Origin: Trichoplax sp. H2
Lineage: Eukaryota
Length of the DNA stretch: 64,000 nucleotides
NCBI GenBank assembly: GCA_003344405.1
Contig: NOWV01000133.1
Location: 1-64,000, forward strand
Direction: 5' to 3'
The notes under the pieces were generated by a model. The model searched no databases, was not told where the DNA came from, and saw only the letters and a list, made by a program, of their open reading frames with translations. Position 1 is the stretch's first letter. The number at the start of each line of letters is the position of its first letter. Shown piece by piece: positions 13,117 through 27,100 of this stretch. Position numbers and translations under genes: made by a program.

Positions 13117-14148
13117 CTATAAAAACGTTATAAGCATTTGTTACAACTTAAATGTAATCATTCGAACGTGATAAGCAAAGCACGCTATTTACCTCCTTTT
13201 GCTTAAAAAAACAATTATAGATTAAAAAAAATCATCAATTTTAATACTTCAGACAAACATCAAAGATTGCATGATATTGATATCAATTTCACTCCATTTT
13301 GTCTATAAAAATCGACATAAGTAACTGATGTTGTCGTATCATGTAGGTAAACGAGCGAAAGTACGATATACAATCAACTATATATTTACAGCACAATTAA
13401 AATAACGGTAATTAAGATTTGATATTAAATCAGAAATTATTATGATTTGGTTTAGAATAGCAAATTATTAATGCTGTTGCACGTCCCAGAAATATTGATC
13501 ATGATACTGCGGGCTATATCGCAGATCGCAGGTACGATAAAGTTGATTGTAGTCATATAAAAATTCGCCAAACTTACTAGAATGAAGCACTGGTACTGAA
13601 ACTAATGCAAACGTAGGTACGTAATTAAAGAAAATATTCAGTCAGCAGTTGTGTTACAAAGCAAATGAGGCTGGTAAAATGTAAAATTTTTAAGTTTAAA
13701 GGAATGAGGTAGAGGTGCTATTGATAACGTGGGATGTTAGCAAATCGTGTAAGGACTGCCTACTAAAGTATAATTAGATAACTGTTGGCATTAAATCTGC
13801 GTTTGATAGTCTTTACTTTCGCAATACTGCATAAAAATATAAACGAGATTGTTAGCTTGAAGTATACCCCAAGAATATCTCCTGATATGTAGTTTAGGTT
13901 GTCAGAAAAGAAATATAAATATCTTAAAAGGAAAAATTTTACGTTTATGATTATAGCTATAATTTAAGTGAGCAAAAACTACTAGTAATAAAACTTTCGG
14001 TAATTTCTGTAATATACCATATTGACTAAACTCACCAGTATAGCACAAAACATATTATCATATAATACGTAGGTCAATATTATACTTGTGTAAGAGGAAG
14101 ACAAGTGTTCTAGCAAGACTATTACGAGAGTAACAAATCGTATCTTAC

Positions 14149-17100
14149 CTTGTATTTTCACCGTATTCTCTTGCTTTAACAGCCATCGACTGATGAATAG
14201 ACATTACATCTTCTTTACATAATATCTTCTGTTCAATTCCTTTCGATGGTTTTAGTTGGATATAATCTCGTTTTTTGTCTGGATAATATTCCTTCCTTGA
14301 TACAGGATCAGCCGCTTTAGAATCGACGCTTGATGCTTGATAAATTTGGATTACTGCACGAAGTGCCGACTGTATAGCTCCTTGAATCCAAAAATGGGTA
14401 AACGAAGTATGTTCACCGGCAAAGAAGCAGCGTCTTTCTCCTAAAAATTCAGTATACTATTTCATTAGCTAAAATGGCAGATTCAGTGCTTGCTTAGTTT
14501 CTACTTATTTGATAAATAGTAGACGGTATCCAATTCATAAACTTCGTGCCAATTAGGTGAATTTTTGTAGATATACTCACGACTATAGCTGTTTCTGAAT
14601 AACAGTTCACGTTGCTGAGGATAAAAGTAAGAAACCGCAGCTCCGGTATAAGGTTGGTTCTTCCATACTTGTGATGTTCCAGTTTCAAAAAGATCATAGG
14701 CTTGATCGCCATGCATTTTAGCTACATATTCTAGTGCGCGACGTAATCTACAATTTTCATCCAAAGATCCCCAACGATCTGCTTCTGCTTCCCAGGTGTA
14801 TGCTGCTAAAAGTACCGCTATATACATAATAAAATTCATACTGATTAGTCTCAGACTAGGATGATCGTTTACAACGAAGTTTATTAAGAAAATGATGCAT
14901 ATTCTATGTATGTCATAAACTTCACTTTTTATGGATGTAGATGAAATGGTTTAACTCGGGAACATGCAAATAAGGAATTTCTGCAAGTTTGATTAAAATA
15001 TTAATTTATAGAAGTTACTATTACAAACCTCTTTGGTCATATTTTACACTTCCAGTCGGATAATAAATCGCTCGTAAAGGAAGATCTGTTGTTGAGCCAC
15101 CTCCATTAATGATGCCGGTTTGATTGAATTCAGCTGCAACCTAAATAGTAACATTAAAAATGATAGGTAAAGAGCTAAATCTTCATATTTCCTACGAACA
15201 ACTTTATAAACGCTTAGGACCTAAATTTGCAAATGTATTATAAGAAACTGAGAAAGATTTGTAGAAACTAACCAAAGGATTTGGTTTAACCCAGAACGCT
15301 TTACGAAATTGTAGTAAAATTTTTGTTGCACTGATGTAATGAAACTCTCGGATAGATTGCCTTTTGGCCGGAGAAAATGGAGGATCAGTAAGAACATCTC
15401 GTAAGACGGTGAAGGGCAATGTAATCAAGACAAAATCGAAGGTGAGTTTCTTTTTATAGGAGTTTTGAACGGTATATTCGACGGTAGCTAGACTGTCTGA
15501 TTGCTTAATGCTACGAACCAGTGCGCCAAATATTAAGTTGTCTTTTAAATCTAAATTTAATTAAGATATCACAGAGAGTGTTTCTTTAGTTAAAATTTGC
15601 AACCTAAATAGAATTATTAAATTATGATTGCCATTGTAAAATACACTTATACGCGCACAAAGAAAGGACGATCGAGTGATAACTAAGTCATTTTATCGCA
15701 TGACAGAATTACATACGGTAATGTATTAGTTATATTCATAAGTTCAGATAAACTGAACTTTATTTATAGCCTAAATTGAATCACTTAAGATTGAGACTCA
15801 TTTGCATTAGCTAAATTATATGATTTATAGTTTAGATTTCATAAGTTATTGTAACCTAAAGTTTAACAGCCTAATTTGAAGAACTTAAAATTCAAATTCA
15901 TCGGAATCAGCTAAATCAAAAACTTATTGTCTAGATTACATAAGTTCATATAACCTGAACTTTAACTGTCTAATTTGAATTATTTAAAATTTAGACTTAT
16001 TTATATCAGCTAAATTATATAATTTGTTGTTTAGATTACATGCATTCATATAACACAGTGGTGCAATATACTTTACCAATCGAGTAGTAGTTAGATAAAA
16101 TTTAGGCTCGCTTAAGTTAGCTATCAAATTTATCATATGGCTATGAATGCATAATGTTCAAACTTTTGCTATTACAGCATAATAAGCTCCCCTATCTTTC
16201 TAATTCTTTTACCAATAGATTTTCAATATGTTAAATGAAAAAATACTTACGTTTATAGAATGCAGATGGTAGAGCATCAGTACCGTTCATTACTTGATGT
16301 AAGTGGCTTCTAGGTAATCCACGATAAAGATTGTCGGAATCATTCTTTGGATATGAATAATAGGCATTATCGCTCCAAAATTGCCCAACATAATCCTAAT
16401 ATCAATAGCATAATAAAGCTTAAAATTTAGAAAATTATTTCTATTAATTTTGAAATGATATAAACGCATTCATATCTCAAAATAGGTCAAACTGTAATGC
16501 ACTGTAGATATTTTGTAGCAACAATGATCACCAATCAATGGTCTAATTAGGTAGATGAAAACTCTCCCTCTGTAAATTTCTCACGTTTATACTTTCTTTT
16601 ATATCGTATCATATATATTAAAAAGTGAACATTGCTTTATTGCTAAGGCACCTTAAAATACTCGATAAAACCAATATCCAAAAAGTTTTCTTGATTAATA
16701 ACCACGGATAGGAAAGTAATATAATTTTTTGACCACATCAAGGATTCCAAAAATGTTCTGGTTGAGTATTGGTCATATTTCTGCATCATATGTTCCCATC
16801 CTATTTGCACATGTCAAAATGTGTTAATTCGATTAATTATGATAGCAGTGAATTAATGTTAGTAATCATCAATGTAAATCGTATATCTAGCATCAAGTGT
16901 GAATCAAACAACATTACCGCATAATTCTAATTCTTTGATTTGCGATTTCATCGCATCTTCAAATCGTTTGACAGGCCATATGCATTCTTTTGATTCGACG
17001 TTAAAATCAGCGCATAGCTTCATGACAACATCGTGCCGGTAATCTAAATATCCATTAAATAACGATGGATTGTTAGAAGGCTTCTGATCCTTGATGATAT

Positions 17101-20100
17101 TATGTTAAAAATATAGCATAATATAGTTATATCTGTTAAAGTTGTGTGTTCATCAAAGTAATTTGATTTATTGCCCAATTGACTGTTTTCCAATAGTGGA
17201 TTAGTCAAATGTTGCATGTAGTTCATACTGTATAAAATTGAATAAACGGCTTATACTTAACTAGTAATCACTTAATAAAGTATTAGGATGGGACTTCTTT
17301 AGAAGTTGTATTATATTTAATTAACCTAGAATTTGAATAGCTGTACTTTACGGTTTATTAAGGGCAAGGACAAACTCATGATGGACATACAAAATTTTGA
17401 TACTGTAGACGGAGCCAATTATACGTGCCACAGGATACTTGTTGTCTACATTTTATACGCTTTCATTTCTTATGCTAATTTTTCTAGTTACCTTTGGTTT
17501 TCCAATTAAAAATCTTTTTTGGATAGGGCCTGCTTCTACCATCTTTACTGGTAAAGTAGTATAAAGATTCAGGTCCGGCTGTTGTAAAGCTGTTCCAACT
17601 CAAACCCATTTCTTGCAAATATGCAAAAGTAAGGTAATGAGACGGAGGGAAACGCATTGGTCCTGCTTCGCCGTGTAAATGATCCTGATAGTGCATGGAA
17701 AGGATGTTTTAAAAAAATTTTATTTAAAAATAAATTCTTCCTCTACTTATTCGGTAATTAATCGTACATACTATTAATAATAAATAGACTTGGTAAGATT
17801 TTTATAATAGTCGAAAGAGATTATGAGGTTACAAAACGAAATAACACATGAGAAAAGAAATGAAATGTGCCAAACATATTTCGAATTGAATTTGTTCCAA
17901 GAGATTCATTATATAGCAAAGCTTTCGATAAGAGTTGTTACAATTTTTAATATCTTCTATTTTAAAGTGTTAAAATAATGATAGACTTACCGAGAAAATT
18001 TCACTTCGGAATGTTTTGGCTCTGCCTCCGATTCTTTGTGTGGCTTCTAGAATAGTTATGTCGTAGCCAAGGCGTTTTAATTCATATCCAGCAACCTACG
18101 GAATAATATGACAGTCAATGATCATACTATCACAATTAGCAATATTTGAATACATATGAGTAGTTGTAATTATCTAATGTCAAGATTTAAGGAGATAACA
18201 GAATTTTAATATCAGCTAAGGTATTTCCAAGGCTAATTTGGCTTTTATTTTATTTATGCTCTATAGGTTAGGACTGAACACTTACCAAGCCCGACATACC
18301 AGCTCCAACGATTCCGATTCTGACTTTTCTTGTCACTTTCTTCATATTGCTTTTATTTCTGACAATTCTTAGTAGACATTCTCGAAATCGACTATCTTCG
18401 GTATGGGATTCCTTAACGAAGGTGTTGAATTTCTTGGTAGAGCCTTTACATTGTTCTTTAGTGAACCTATTTATTGAGAAAGATATGGCTATAGTGCAAA
18501 TGTAGTAACTGCTTAAAGATAATTAATTGGAGCTAAGGTATTGTCATATTTTTGCTTCTTTAGATTGCTTTGATACTTCCATGTTGGTATAATAATTATA
18601 AATGGTTTAGATATCGCTAATCATTTTATACTGTTCTTTAGAAGTTTAGAACTTATCGCAGAAATGAGTTGGAGCAAAGCAGTATTTTAATGCATTACTC
18701 ATTGTATGCTACACCCTTACTGGTATTTATCATAGCCTTCCCAATGCTTGCCAGGCGGAGAGTTTTCGACGTTATATAATACTGGTTCAGGTCCAGCAAG
18801 GTAATCTGCATCAACATTGCTGTAATAATTTAAGATAGCACTACAGTTATAATCATTTCCACCATTACAGTACCTGCTAATTTATTTTTTAATAGTGACG
18901 AAATTATTAAGTCCAATTTGCTTTGTATAAAATCTTTCAAAATTGTCAAATTATGAATATATTCAGTATCAACAATAAACTACAAATCGATATTACCAAG
19001 ATTGAAATTTGATATTATTACATTAGAAAACATGTGACGAGTTCAAAATGCCAAAGATAATTTTCAAAGATAGAAAGAGCTTTACTTACTCGAAATCGCA
19101 TTGTTTTTGTTCTGAATTATTTTCCGCAGTAGCATAAACTGCAATCTGTAAGTAGAATATCTATCTTAGCCATTGACTCCATTATCCAATGTAAAGACTC
19201 CTTTCAATAGTAAGTAGAATTTGGCATAGACCATGTTTATTCAAAATGAATAATCATTTGAGCTTGACTATTCGTTCTTTAAGGGTAGTTAATTCATCTT
19301 GTATGCCCCCCTCTACTTTACTAAAAGAAAATCAAAACTAGAAGACTAACTCTATTATGATTACCGATATTCAAAGTAAAAGTAATACTGCAAAGATCTT
19401 GTTAATACACTAGCATAGGCCGAGCATGATGAAAATATATAAATTGACGTGCTGTTATGGTTGTACCTATGTCCTGATCAACTCATTTCTCAAAAGAGCA
19501 AATGCTTACTACGTGCTTTTAGCTATTGCTTTAGCTAGCTTTTGCACAGCATTTGCGATAATTGTTGAAATAGCTACTGTAAAGTATAATGTATGGCACG
19601 TGCTTTGACATTTTAAGACGGCAGTCATTTTTTTAAAAAACCCAACTAGACACTTTTAAGGCCTCAGCTATCAATACCATGTTGCAAAATACAAGTAATG
19701 ATCACATTTTTAGTCGATACCGTACGATTATTGGCATAAAAGTCCTTGAACTGAAGCAATTGATCGTCTTAAATTAGTCCTTTTTAAATGTTCAATTCTT
19801 GTATCATTATAGATAAGTTCAAATATTGAGAGCCGTATATAAATGGTGAAATTAAGGTATCGGCCGTTTATATTACACTAGCTGTTACAGTATCTAGTTC
19901 CAATATTCAACAATCATATTATGGCCAATCTTAAGGAATGTCCGGTCAATCCTAGATATTCCAAGGCAGTAATCATGTGTCTGTTCTAGACATTGCTATT
20001 TGCGTTGTCTTACAACGAACAGCGCAAGAGGATTAATTTCGTAGAAAGAAAAAACATGTTTATTGTGAGATTAAAATTGAAATCTCGCGCGTAGATATAA

Positions 20101-21501
20101 ATGTTGCCGTCAGTCCAAAGATTGACCTGCTATTCCTATGGAATTACTTGTACATTCCTTGGGATTGTTTAATTGTAAGAATTGACAAAAATAATTCAAA
20201 TGTTCGCTGATCAAGATCAATATTTAAGGTTTAAATTACTGTAATATTTAATTAAATTAATCGCCTATTCTGTCGAAATACAAATGTTTTACACTATTGA
20301 GGTAAAGTACATTCGCTTTATAGTAGGCTAATTTTTAATGTCACTAGGACGAAAGGTCCACAATATCCTCTATTCATTTATTGACTTTTAATGGACAACA
20401 CTAAACTTTAGAATAATTTACCTATCAATTCATCGGTTAATACTCAAATTTATAGTATTTTAGAAATAGCAATAAACGCTCGATTTGCAGAAAGTAGGAT
20501 AGACAGAAAACCCTTAGAGAAGCCTAAAATCTTAGCAGAATAAACAGCTATTTCGGTACTACCTCGTAGTGCCATAATTAGCTCTTTAATTAAGTTTCAA
20601 GGGATTTCATGTAAATTTGACTAAAATTGCGCCCAAATAGATCCTTAAAACCTTGTGCAATTAAGATTGAATGTTTTTTATTTAATTTTTACTGCAGTAT
20701 TGAGTTACTTTATCCTTTATCAAATTTCTAATATTAACCCATCAGTGATCAATGTACGATCGATTCAAACAGTAAACAAGTCACGTACTAAAATGGTTTA
20801 ACCTTAACAGGAAGTTAAAATCATTTTATTACATGCTTTCTAGTATAAATAACGTACGATGTGACCCAATTATTTCGAAAGTTATTAGTGATTCTATTGT
20901 GCTATTTCCTCGGATTTTTATTAAGGAATAGGTTACCAAATAACACTGACTTAGAGCAAAACATCGGATCGATTCATTTTGTAGCGCCTTAGTTGACGAT
21001 CATTTAAGATGAGGAATATGCCATGAAAGATTAATTTGATATCGTATAATCATTAAAAATTAAAATCGGGGTGCGAAGAAATAAACAAGAAAGAGTTAAG
21101 CCCTATATATTCAATTGAGAACTACCGCACAGAGTTGACAGGAAATTATCCAATTAATTTATAAGCCGTATTGCGCTAATATCATATCATAACCAAGTGG
21201 ATTTTGAATTTATATTATTATTAATTAATACCCACTTAAATCTTGGCTAATAAAGATAGACGTGCTTTTACTGATACACAGTAGCTCAGGCACTAACTTT
21301 AATGATTTGCAGTTTATGTGTAATGTAGCCAATTTTGAAGGTCTGAATTATATTGGTTTGATCTTTCTATTGTACTGTATATCCAAAACTACAGTAATCA
21401 AGCATATTTCGATGTATTTGTAAAACTTTATTTTATTGTATAACGATATGTAGCTTACTTACCACAACAACCAGCAAGAATAGGATAGTCTTAGTTGACA
21501 T
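14149..21501 (-). CDS. Secreted L-amino-acid oxidase / flavin amine oxidase family protein, 13 exons (21501-21463, 19145-19090, 18819-18721, 18466-18286, 18095-17991, 17684-17492, 17043-16918, 16800-16652, 16395-16251, 15550-15273, 15140-15029, 14817-14581, 14440-14149); frame still open at 14149
   Basis: Signal peptide MSTKTILFLLVVV|IAVYATA. FAD-binding IGIVGAGMSGL|VAGYEL and LEATQRIGGR (GG motif). Also EAGPMRFP, HYISATKILLQFRKAFW, TTDLPLRAIYYP, LLAAYTW and FFAGEHTSFTHFWIQGAIQSALRA. All splice phases checked. Confidence 0.93.
15735..16053. repeat. Degenerate tandem repeat of about 100 bp (about 3 copies) in an oxidase intron
   Basis: cataagtt...aacctgaacttt...ctaatttgaa...agctaaat...tagatt units start near 15738, 15840 and 15938, with a partial unit at 16039. 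Confidence 0.75.
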
Positions 21502-22439
21502 CTTTATTTGCTACCAGTTATAGGATGGTTTAGCACTACTTTAATCACGCTTGACCAAAAGTTACGGCGTCGTTTGAAATATTTAAATATCTCCAATCTG
21601 CAATAATATTCAATTATTTCAAATGAGAGTTGAAAAATTTAAAGTTCAAAGCAGATTTTTGTTTTAATCATAATATTGATCAATTTATTATATATGATCA
21701 TTATAGGCGGTGGAAAATATCTGAAAAAGAGTTCTATACGCATAAAAATACAGTTTGACAGATGGCAACATTAATTTTTATAAGAACAAATTCTCCGCAC
21801 TCATCAGCACTTACTTATAATTCGAACTATATTTTAGTTATAAGATAATGTTTGCATATAGAAAGAAAGTGATGCTATTAAGGAGGGTTGATGCTCATTA
21901 TTAGAGAATTCAATTACTGGAGTGTGTCGACACTTACCGAAGCCAATTAATGTAATTTCGTTAAGGTGAAGCCAATCTAAGACTATCTTAATAAGAAAAT
22001 TTGCAAAGGTTACTCAGTAAACTAATTTATTTTTTTTTATCAGTTTATAAATAGCTAGAGAAACTGTAAAGAAATTAGGAAGATTCTATCGCTTCCAGAC
22101 TTCTCTAGCGAGGTTTGTTCTGCTATGAGGACAATCACTAGCAGAGCTTTAAATATATGCTCGGACTGCTTGTTTATTCTATTTCAAGATTTCGCAGCGC
22201 AGTTTCCGAGACTCATTACCATAATTATTTTCGGTATATTGTATAATATTGGATCCCTTAAATGCATGAAGATTCGCATCAACAAATTTTCGGTTTAAAA
22301 AAATTAACGAACGATGGCTGTATACGCTTAAGCTTTCGCTATAGGTCTACAGCTTTAAACGTGACTGCAAATCATGTGGACGTCATGCTGAAACCTTTCT
22401 GATGCAATCAGACAGTCTTCTATATTTATTTATCTAGTC

Positions 22440-22461
22440 TATATATATATATATATATATA
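22440..22461. repeat. (TA)n microsatellite
   Basis: About 11 TA units. Confidence 0.9.
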
Positions 22462-24112
22462 CAGTACAATTATCTGATCAGTTGTAGGTTAGAAAGATCT
22501 AGATACGTGTATACGTGTTCTATTAGTGTTTGGTGGACATTGTTGTTACCGTACACTATAAAGTAATAACGAATTAGGCTTGTTCATTTAAAACTAATTC
22601 TTAATAGTTATTACTATAAGTAATATCGACTACACCATCAAAATTAAGTCTATGAATCATACTTGTATAAGATCATGACTAAAAAATTGAGGAGTTATTA
22701 TGCTACCGTAGTTTAGGGTAAACCAGAGAATAAATCATGAAATCATATATTAGCCACATGAGGTCGGTCTATGCTATGGAATGTTGGTAAATTTTATCTA
22801 TTCTTTCATAAGGTGTCACGTAATAATATTTCAAAAATCTCGATATTGAACTTTGCTCCAACTGTTTTAGGAAAGATAACTTCCTATCATTTGATTAAGG
22901 ATTTAATAATTGGTCTTGATTGCGCAAAAACTGGTAAGAGTAGCGCGTTTATTTTAATACGGATAGGAATAGAGTTGCTGTAGATAATGTTCACAGCATG
23001 AAAAATAAAGATAGGGAAAAACATCAGTTATACCTTATTAAAAAAGAAAACTCGTATTAGGCCGTAGAATCACTATATTGGCAGAAATCATGCATACGGG
23101 ATAGTTTCAGTAATTAGCGCATTGTATCGAATAGATGGCATCTTCATACGTTTCTTGTACATTGGAATGAACATAAATTAAAAATCTTGCGAAAAATTCC
23201 CATATGTCTACTCGTATAAATAATAAAATTGTGCATTTTTAAATAAAAACGTAATTTATTAAATTTGTTGTAATAAAATCAAGGTTACAACAACACGATT
23301 TAATTCAAAGAGTAATTTTGGTTATGTTAAATTATTGATAGTCCAAGCTAGATGACGACAGTAATAAGCCTACGATGACCACATGCCTCATGGTTGCATG
23401 AGTAAGTTATAAATTTTTGTTTCATTTAAGAATACGTCCGCATACCATAAAGCATAGACAGGAAAATTCTACATTTTCAAAACAACAGAGGGAGATATTT
23501 TATAAATGTTTCCCGCCTATATTATTATCAATTTTCTGGCTTGATCGTTGCTAGGAATCAAAGTTCATAGATTCATTTTATTATCATTTGTCGTACTAAG
23601 CCACACAGCGACAGAATACCGCATCAGCAAAATAAGATCGATAAAATTTTTACAGCAAGCTTTAAAATTCACTTTATTATTTTCAAAGTAAAGTTGATGT
23701 AGTATTCCGAGCATAAGGCGATAGATTATAAAGCAGAATTACTAATTTAATTATGGTGATTATTTTACATCTTGAAAGTCAATAAAAGCATAAATTTCGT
23801 AGAGGCAATTGATGGTATTGACAGCAAATAAAATTACCTGCATATACATGTACTGTATGTACATTTTCGTGCTTCTATTTAATTTTTACCGCCAGTCTGA
23901 ACTGATATTATTCCTGCTTCAGAAGTTCTTGAAAAATTTTTTGTACTAACATTGAAATATATACAAGAATAAAACCTTCAAGTAATATAATCACCAGCCT
24001 CCATTATAATTAGATTACGGCTATCACTTTCCAATTAACATGATATTATCGAAGGAATAAACGATGTGTTTACAGTTTGGCAATCTGGCATCTACTTGAA
24101 GATGTATCTTTG

Positions 24113-27100
24113 CTATCGTTTCTTATATACACATGGTTTCAATAAGGATAAATTAGCTACTTCAGTATTACTTTTCTTTAGTTGTTTTGATACTTCAACG
24201 AACTGGAAGCGGATAAACATTTTCGATAATACAAGCTAGAATAGATATACAACAAAATATGATAAATTTTTATAAATTGATACACTTCTTTGAATACCAT
24301 AGATTAAACAATACTGATTCGTATAACCTGTTCTACCCTAATAAAGATAGAATATATCGAACAGAATATACCTTCTCCTTTAATTTAAATCCAAACATCG
24401 ATAAAGAACGAACGAATCTAGCTTCATGCTCAATCCTACTTAGAACTTCCGCAATTAGGAGGATTCCTCTATACGAAAGTGTAATTTTCGGTAAGGCATA
24501 TAACAGTTAATTATGCTGACAGAAATGGTGTTTGATTAATTATCCATCTACCCTGGTTTAAGTATGCGCTTTGCTTCTTTAACATAATCTAGTAAATTGG
24601 TGCCCATAAGAGCCAAACAAAAGACGACCATATCCACATGAGCATCCTCTAGCGGCGTCTTAAAAGTTGGCAAAAATTTAAAATTAGCATTTCTTATAGC
24701 ATCTAAAGACGGTATCACCATACTGTTATATTAGCTGCTGATTACACTGCTTTATCGTCTACTAGTAACTCTAAAGCCAATGAAAGGTAAATATCAACCA
24801 GATAGCACAGTTTTAGAAGTTATACTGTGCATATCGTATTACTGTAGATCGAAGTACTAATTTACTATACTGTGTGCATCATTTTAACTGTAGTCTACAT
24901 ACGTTTGCCATATCGCAAGCAATGATGTGGTCGGCGCGAGAAGCTAAGTCAATAGAATAGACTTTATTTGGAACTGACTGAGCCAAGCGACCTTCGCCAC
25001 AACCTAAATCGGCAATAATTAAGTCTTTGGATCTAATAGAAGAGGTGGAGTTCAAAAGTATCAGGTTAAATTAAATACTTCCTTATGTATGAGCAGCAAA
25101 TACTATATAAGATTATGTATAACCAGCCACCCAAAAAAGCTCTCGGCCGGCGAATATATTCAGAGATTCTAAGTAAAGTAATATTAAAGCATATACAGTA
25201 CGAGTATAATCTCCTAGGGATGTTAATTGTACGTGAGCATTTTAATACCATACAATAATTAAATCGGGCGTATAAAATATGCCGCGCTACCCAATATGCA
25301 TCGTATCAACTTTCCATTTTAAATATCTTACTTTTAATTCCTAATATCGAAGTACGTATACGAGTATACAGTATTTTTGTTAATTTTAAGAATTTTCTTT
25401 TGAAAGTTACACACGTGCAAATAGATTACACAAGTTGGTCATGGTTGCTTCTACTTCAACCACTGAATTTTAACGAAAGAATTTATTATTGTAGAAATGA
25501 TTCAGTGCACGTAAGACTTGCACGCACTTTGGTATTAAGTACATGCATGATGCTACCACAATCGTTCACTGGATCTTTCTTCAAACAAAGTAATTTGAGC
25601 AGAACTACCACCATGCATGAAAACAGTTACTTGGATTTTATAGAAAAATTAGGCTACTAATGCACTTCCTCAAGCATTAAGTATTCGATTTATCTAGATT
25701 GTCTCTACAAATACCCGTCTCTTATAAAGGATTTATTTATTCATTCACTTTTTTTCAGGCCTATTTATTTTAGAGCAACTTTATGACGATATAAGATAAA
25801 TCGAACATGGCTCAATATTATACCAATACAAATGGTGTATTGTAGATATGCAGTAAAGTACATACTATAGAGTAAACGGCATGCATTCACTTCAAGCTTT
25901 TTAACCTAATAAACATTTCATATTGTAATGTTGTATCATTGATTCGAAAGCACTATATCGAGAGCAAAGGATTAGCTTATAAGTGTACTTGGGCTGGTCT
26001 TTTGACTTGGTGTGCAGAGGTCTGGCCCAAAGTGCATCTTCTTTTCTAACTGTCGGTAATTTCAAGCTAGTACAAGTAGTGAAAGTTATGTAGCTACTGA
26101 TTTTGCATGCACTATACTAATGCAGTAACAAATGCACCTGCTCCTAAGCAAATTACCCATGATGTTCCAGCTAGGGTACGTTTATTCAGTTCATGGCATT
26201 ACCTACGATGCTAATCTATTGCAATGTCAATCCTGAGCATGCTAGGCTACAGTATAGTGGTGTGCTTATCTCATGTCAAGGACTGGTACTAAAGGATCAA
26301 TATCTTTTAGTAGGGGAAATTACAAAGTGTTGCAAATGTTTGGACTGGACTTTTGACTTGGTCTACAGAGGTCTGGCCCCAAAGTGCATCTTCTTTTCTA
26401 ACTGTCGGTAATTTCAAGCTAGTACAAGTAGTGAAAGTTAAGTAGCTACTGATTTTGCATGCACTATACTAATGCAGTAATAAAATGCACCTGCTCCTAA
26501 GCAAATTACCCATGATGTTCCAGCTAGGGTACGTTTATTTTTAGTTCATGGCATTGCCTACGATGCTAATCTATTGCAATGTCAATCCTGAGCATGCTAG
26601 GATACAGTAAAGCGGTGTGCTCATCTTATGTCAAGGACTGGTACTAAAGGATCAATATCTTTTAGTAGGGGAAATTACAAAAAGCAAATGTTTGGACAGA
26701 AGGTGAGCATAGTACCGTGCTGTATCATATTTCGATGAGATGCAGTCTTCATCATGCTCTAGTCAAAAGGGTATAGCAGTCAAAGATGCAGTCTTCATCA
26801 TTCTCTACTCAAAAGGGTATAGCAGTCAAAGATGCAGTCTTCATCATGCTCTAGTCAAAAGGGTATAGCAGTCAAAGATGCAGTCTTCATCATGCTCTAC
26901 TCAAAGGGTATGGCAGTCATCATCTCGGATGGTAATGTCTATCTCACCTATTTCTGATGAAATCGATGATGTTATCCAACGGATTGATAGGCCATTTATC
27001 AACCTGAGTTTGGAATCCAGAATGATAAATATCAAAGAGATTGGGATCACTTTTAAACATATGAAACGCTTCCAATCCTTTGATAGTATAGAGTTTCTCA

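Noticed and set aside
13254-13600. Small AG/GT-flanked segments near 13302 and 13578-13601 as extra oxidase exons
   Set aside because: The phase combinations with the 14149 donor create stops, and the direct 14149-13116 splice already gives correct cupin spacing.
14501-14580. Apparent premature stop of the oxidase (ORF ending ...YYLSNK*)
   Set aside because: A GTGAGT donor at 14580 (phase 1) joins the 14440 acceptor to give SYSRERRCFFAGEHT, as expected for the family. The ORF extension is intronic.
26738-26919. CRISPR-like regular repeats
   Set aside because: The units are head-to-tail with no unique spacers, there are no cas genes, and the array lies in a eukaryotic intron. It is a minisatellite.
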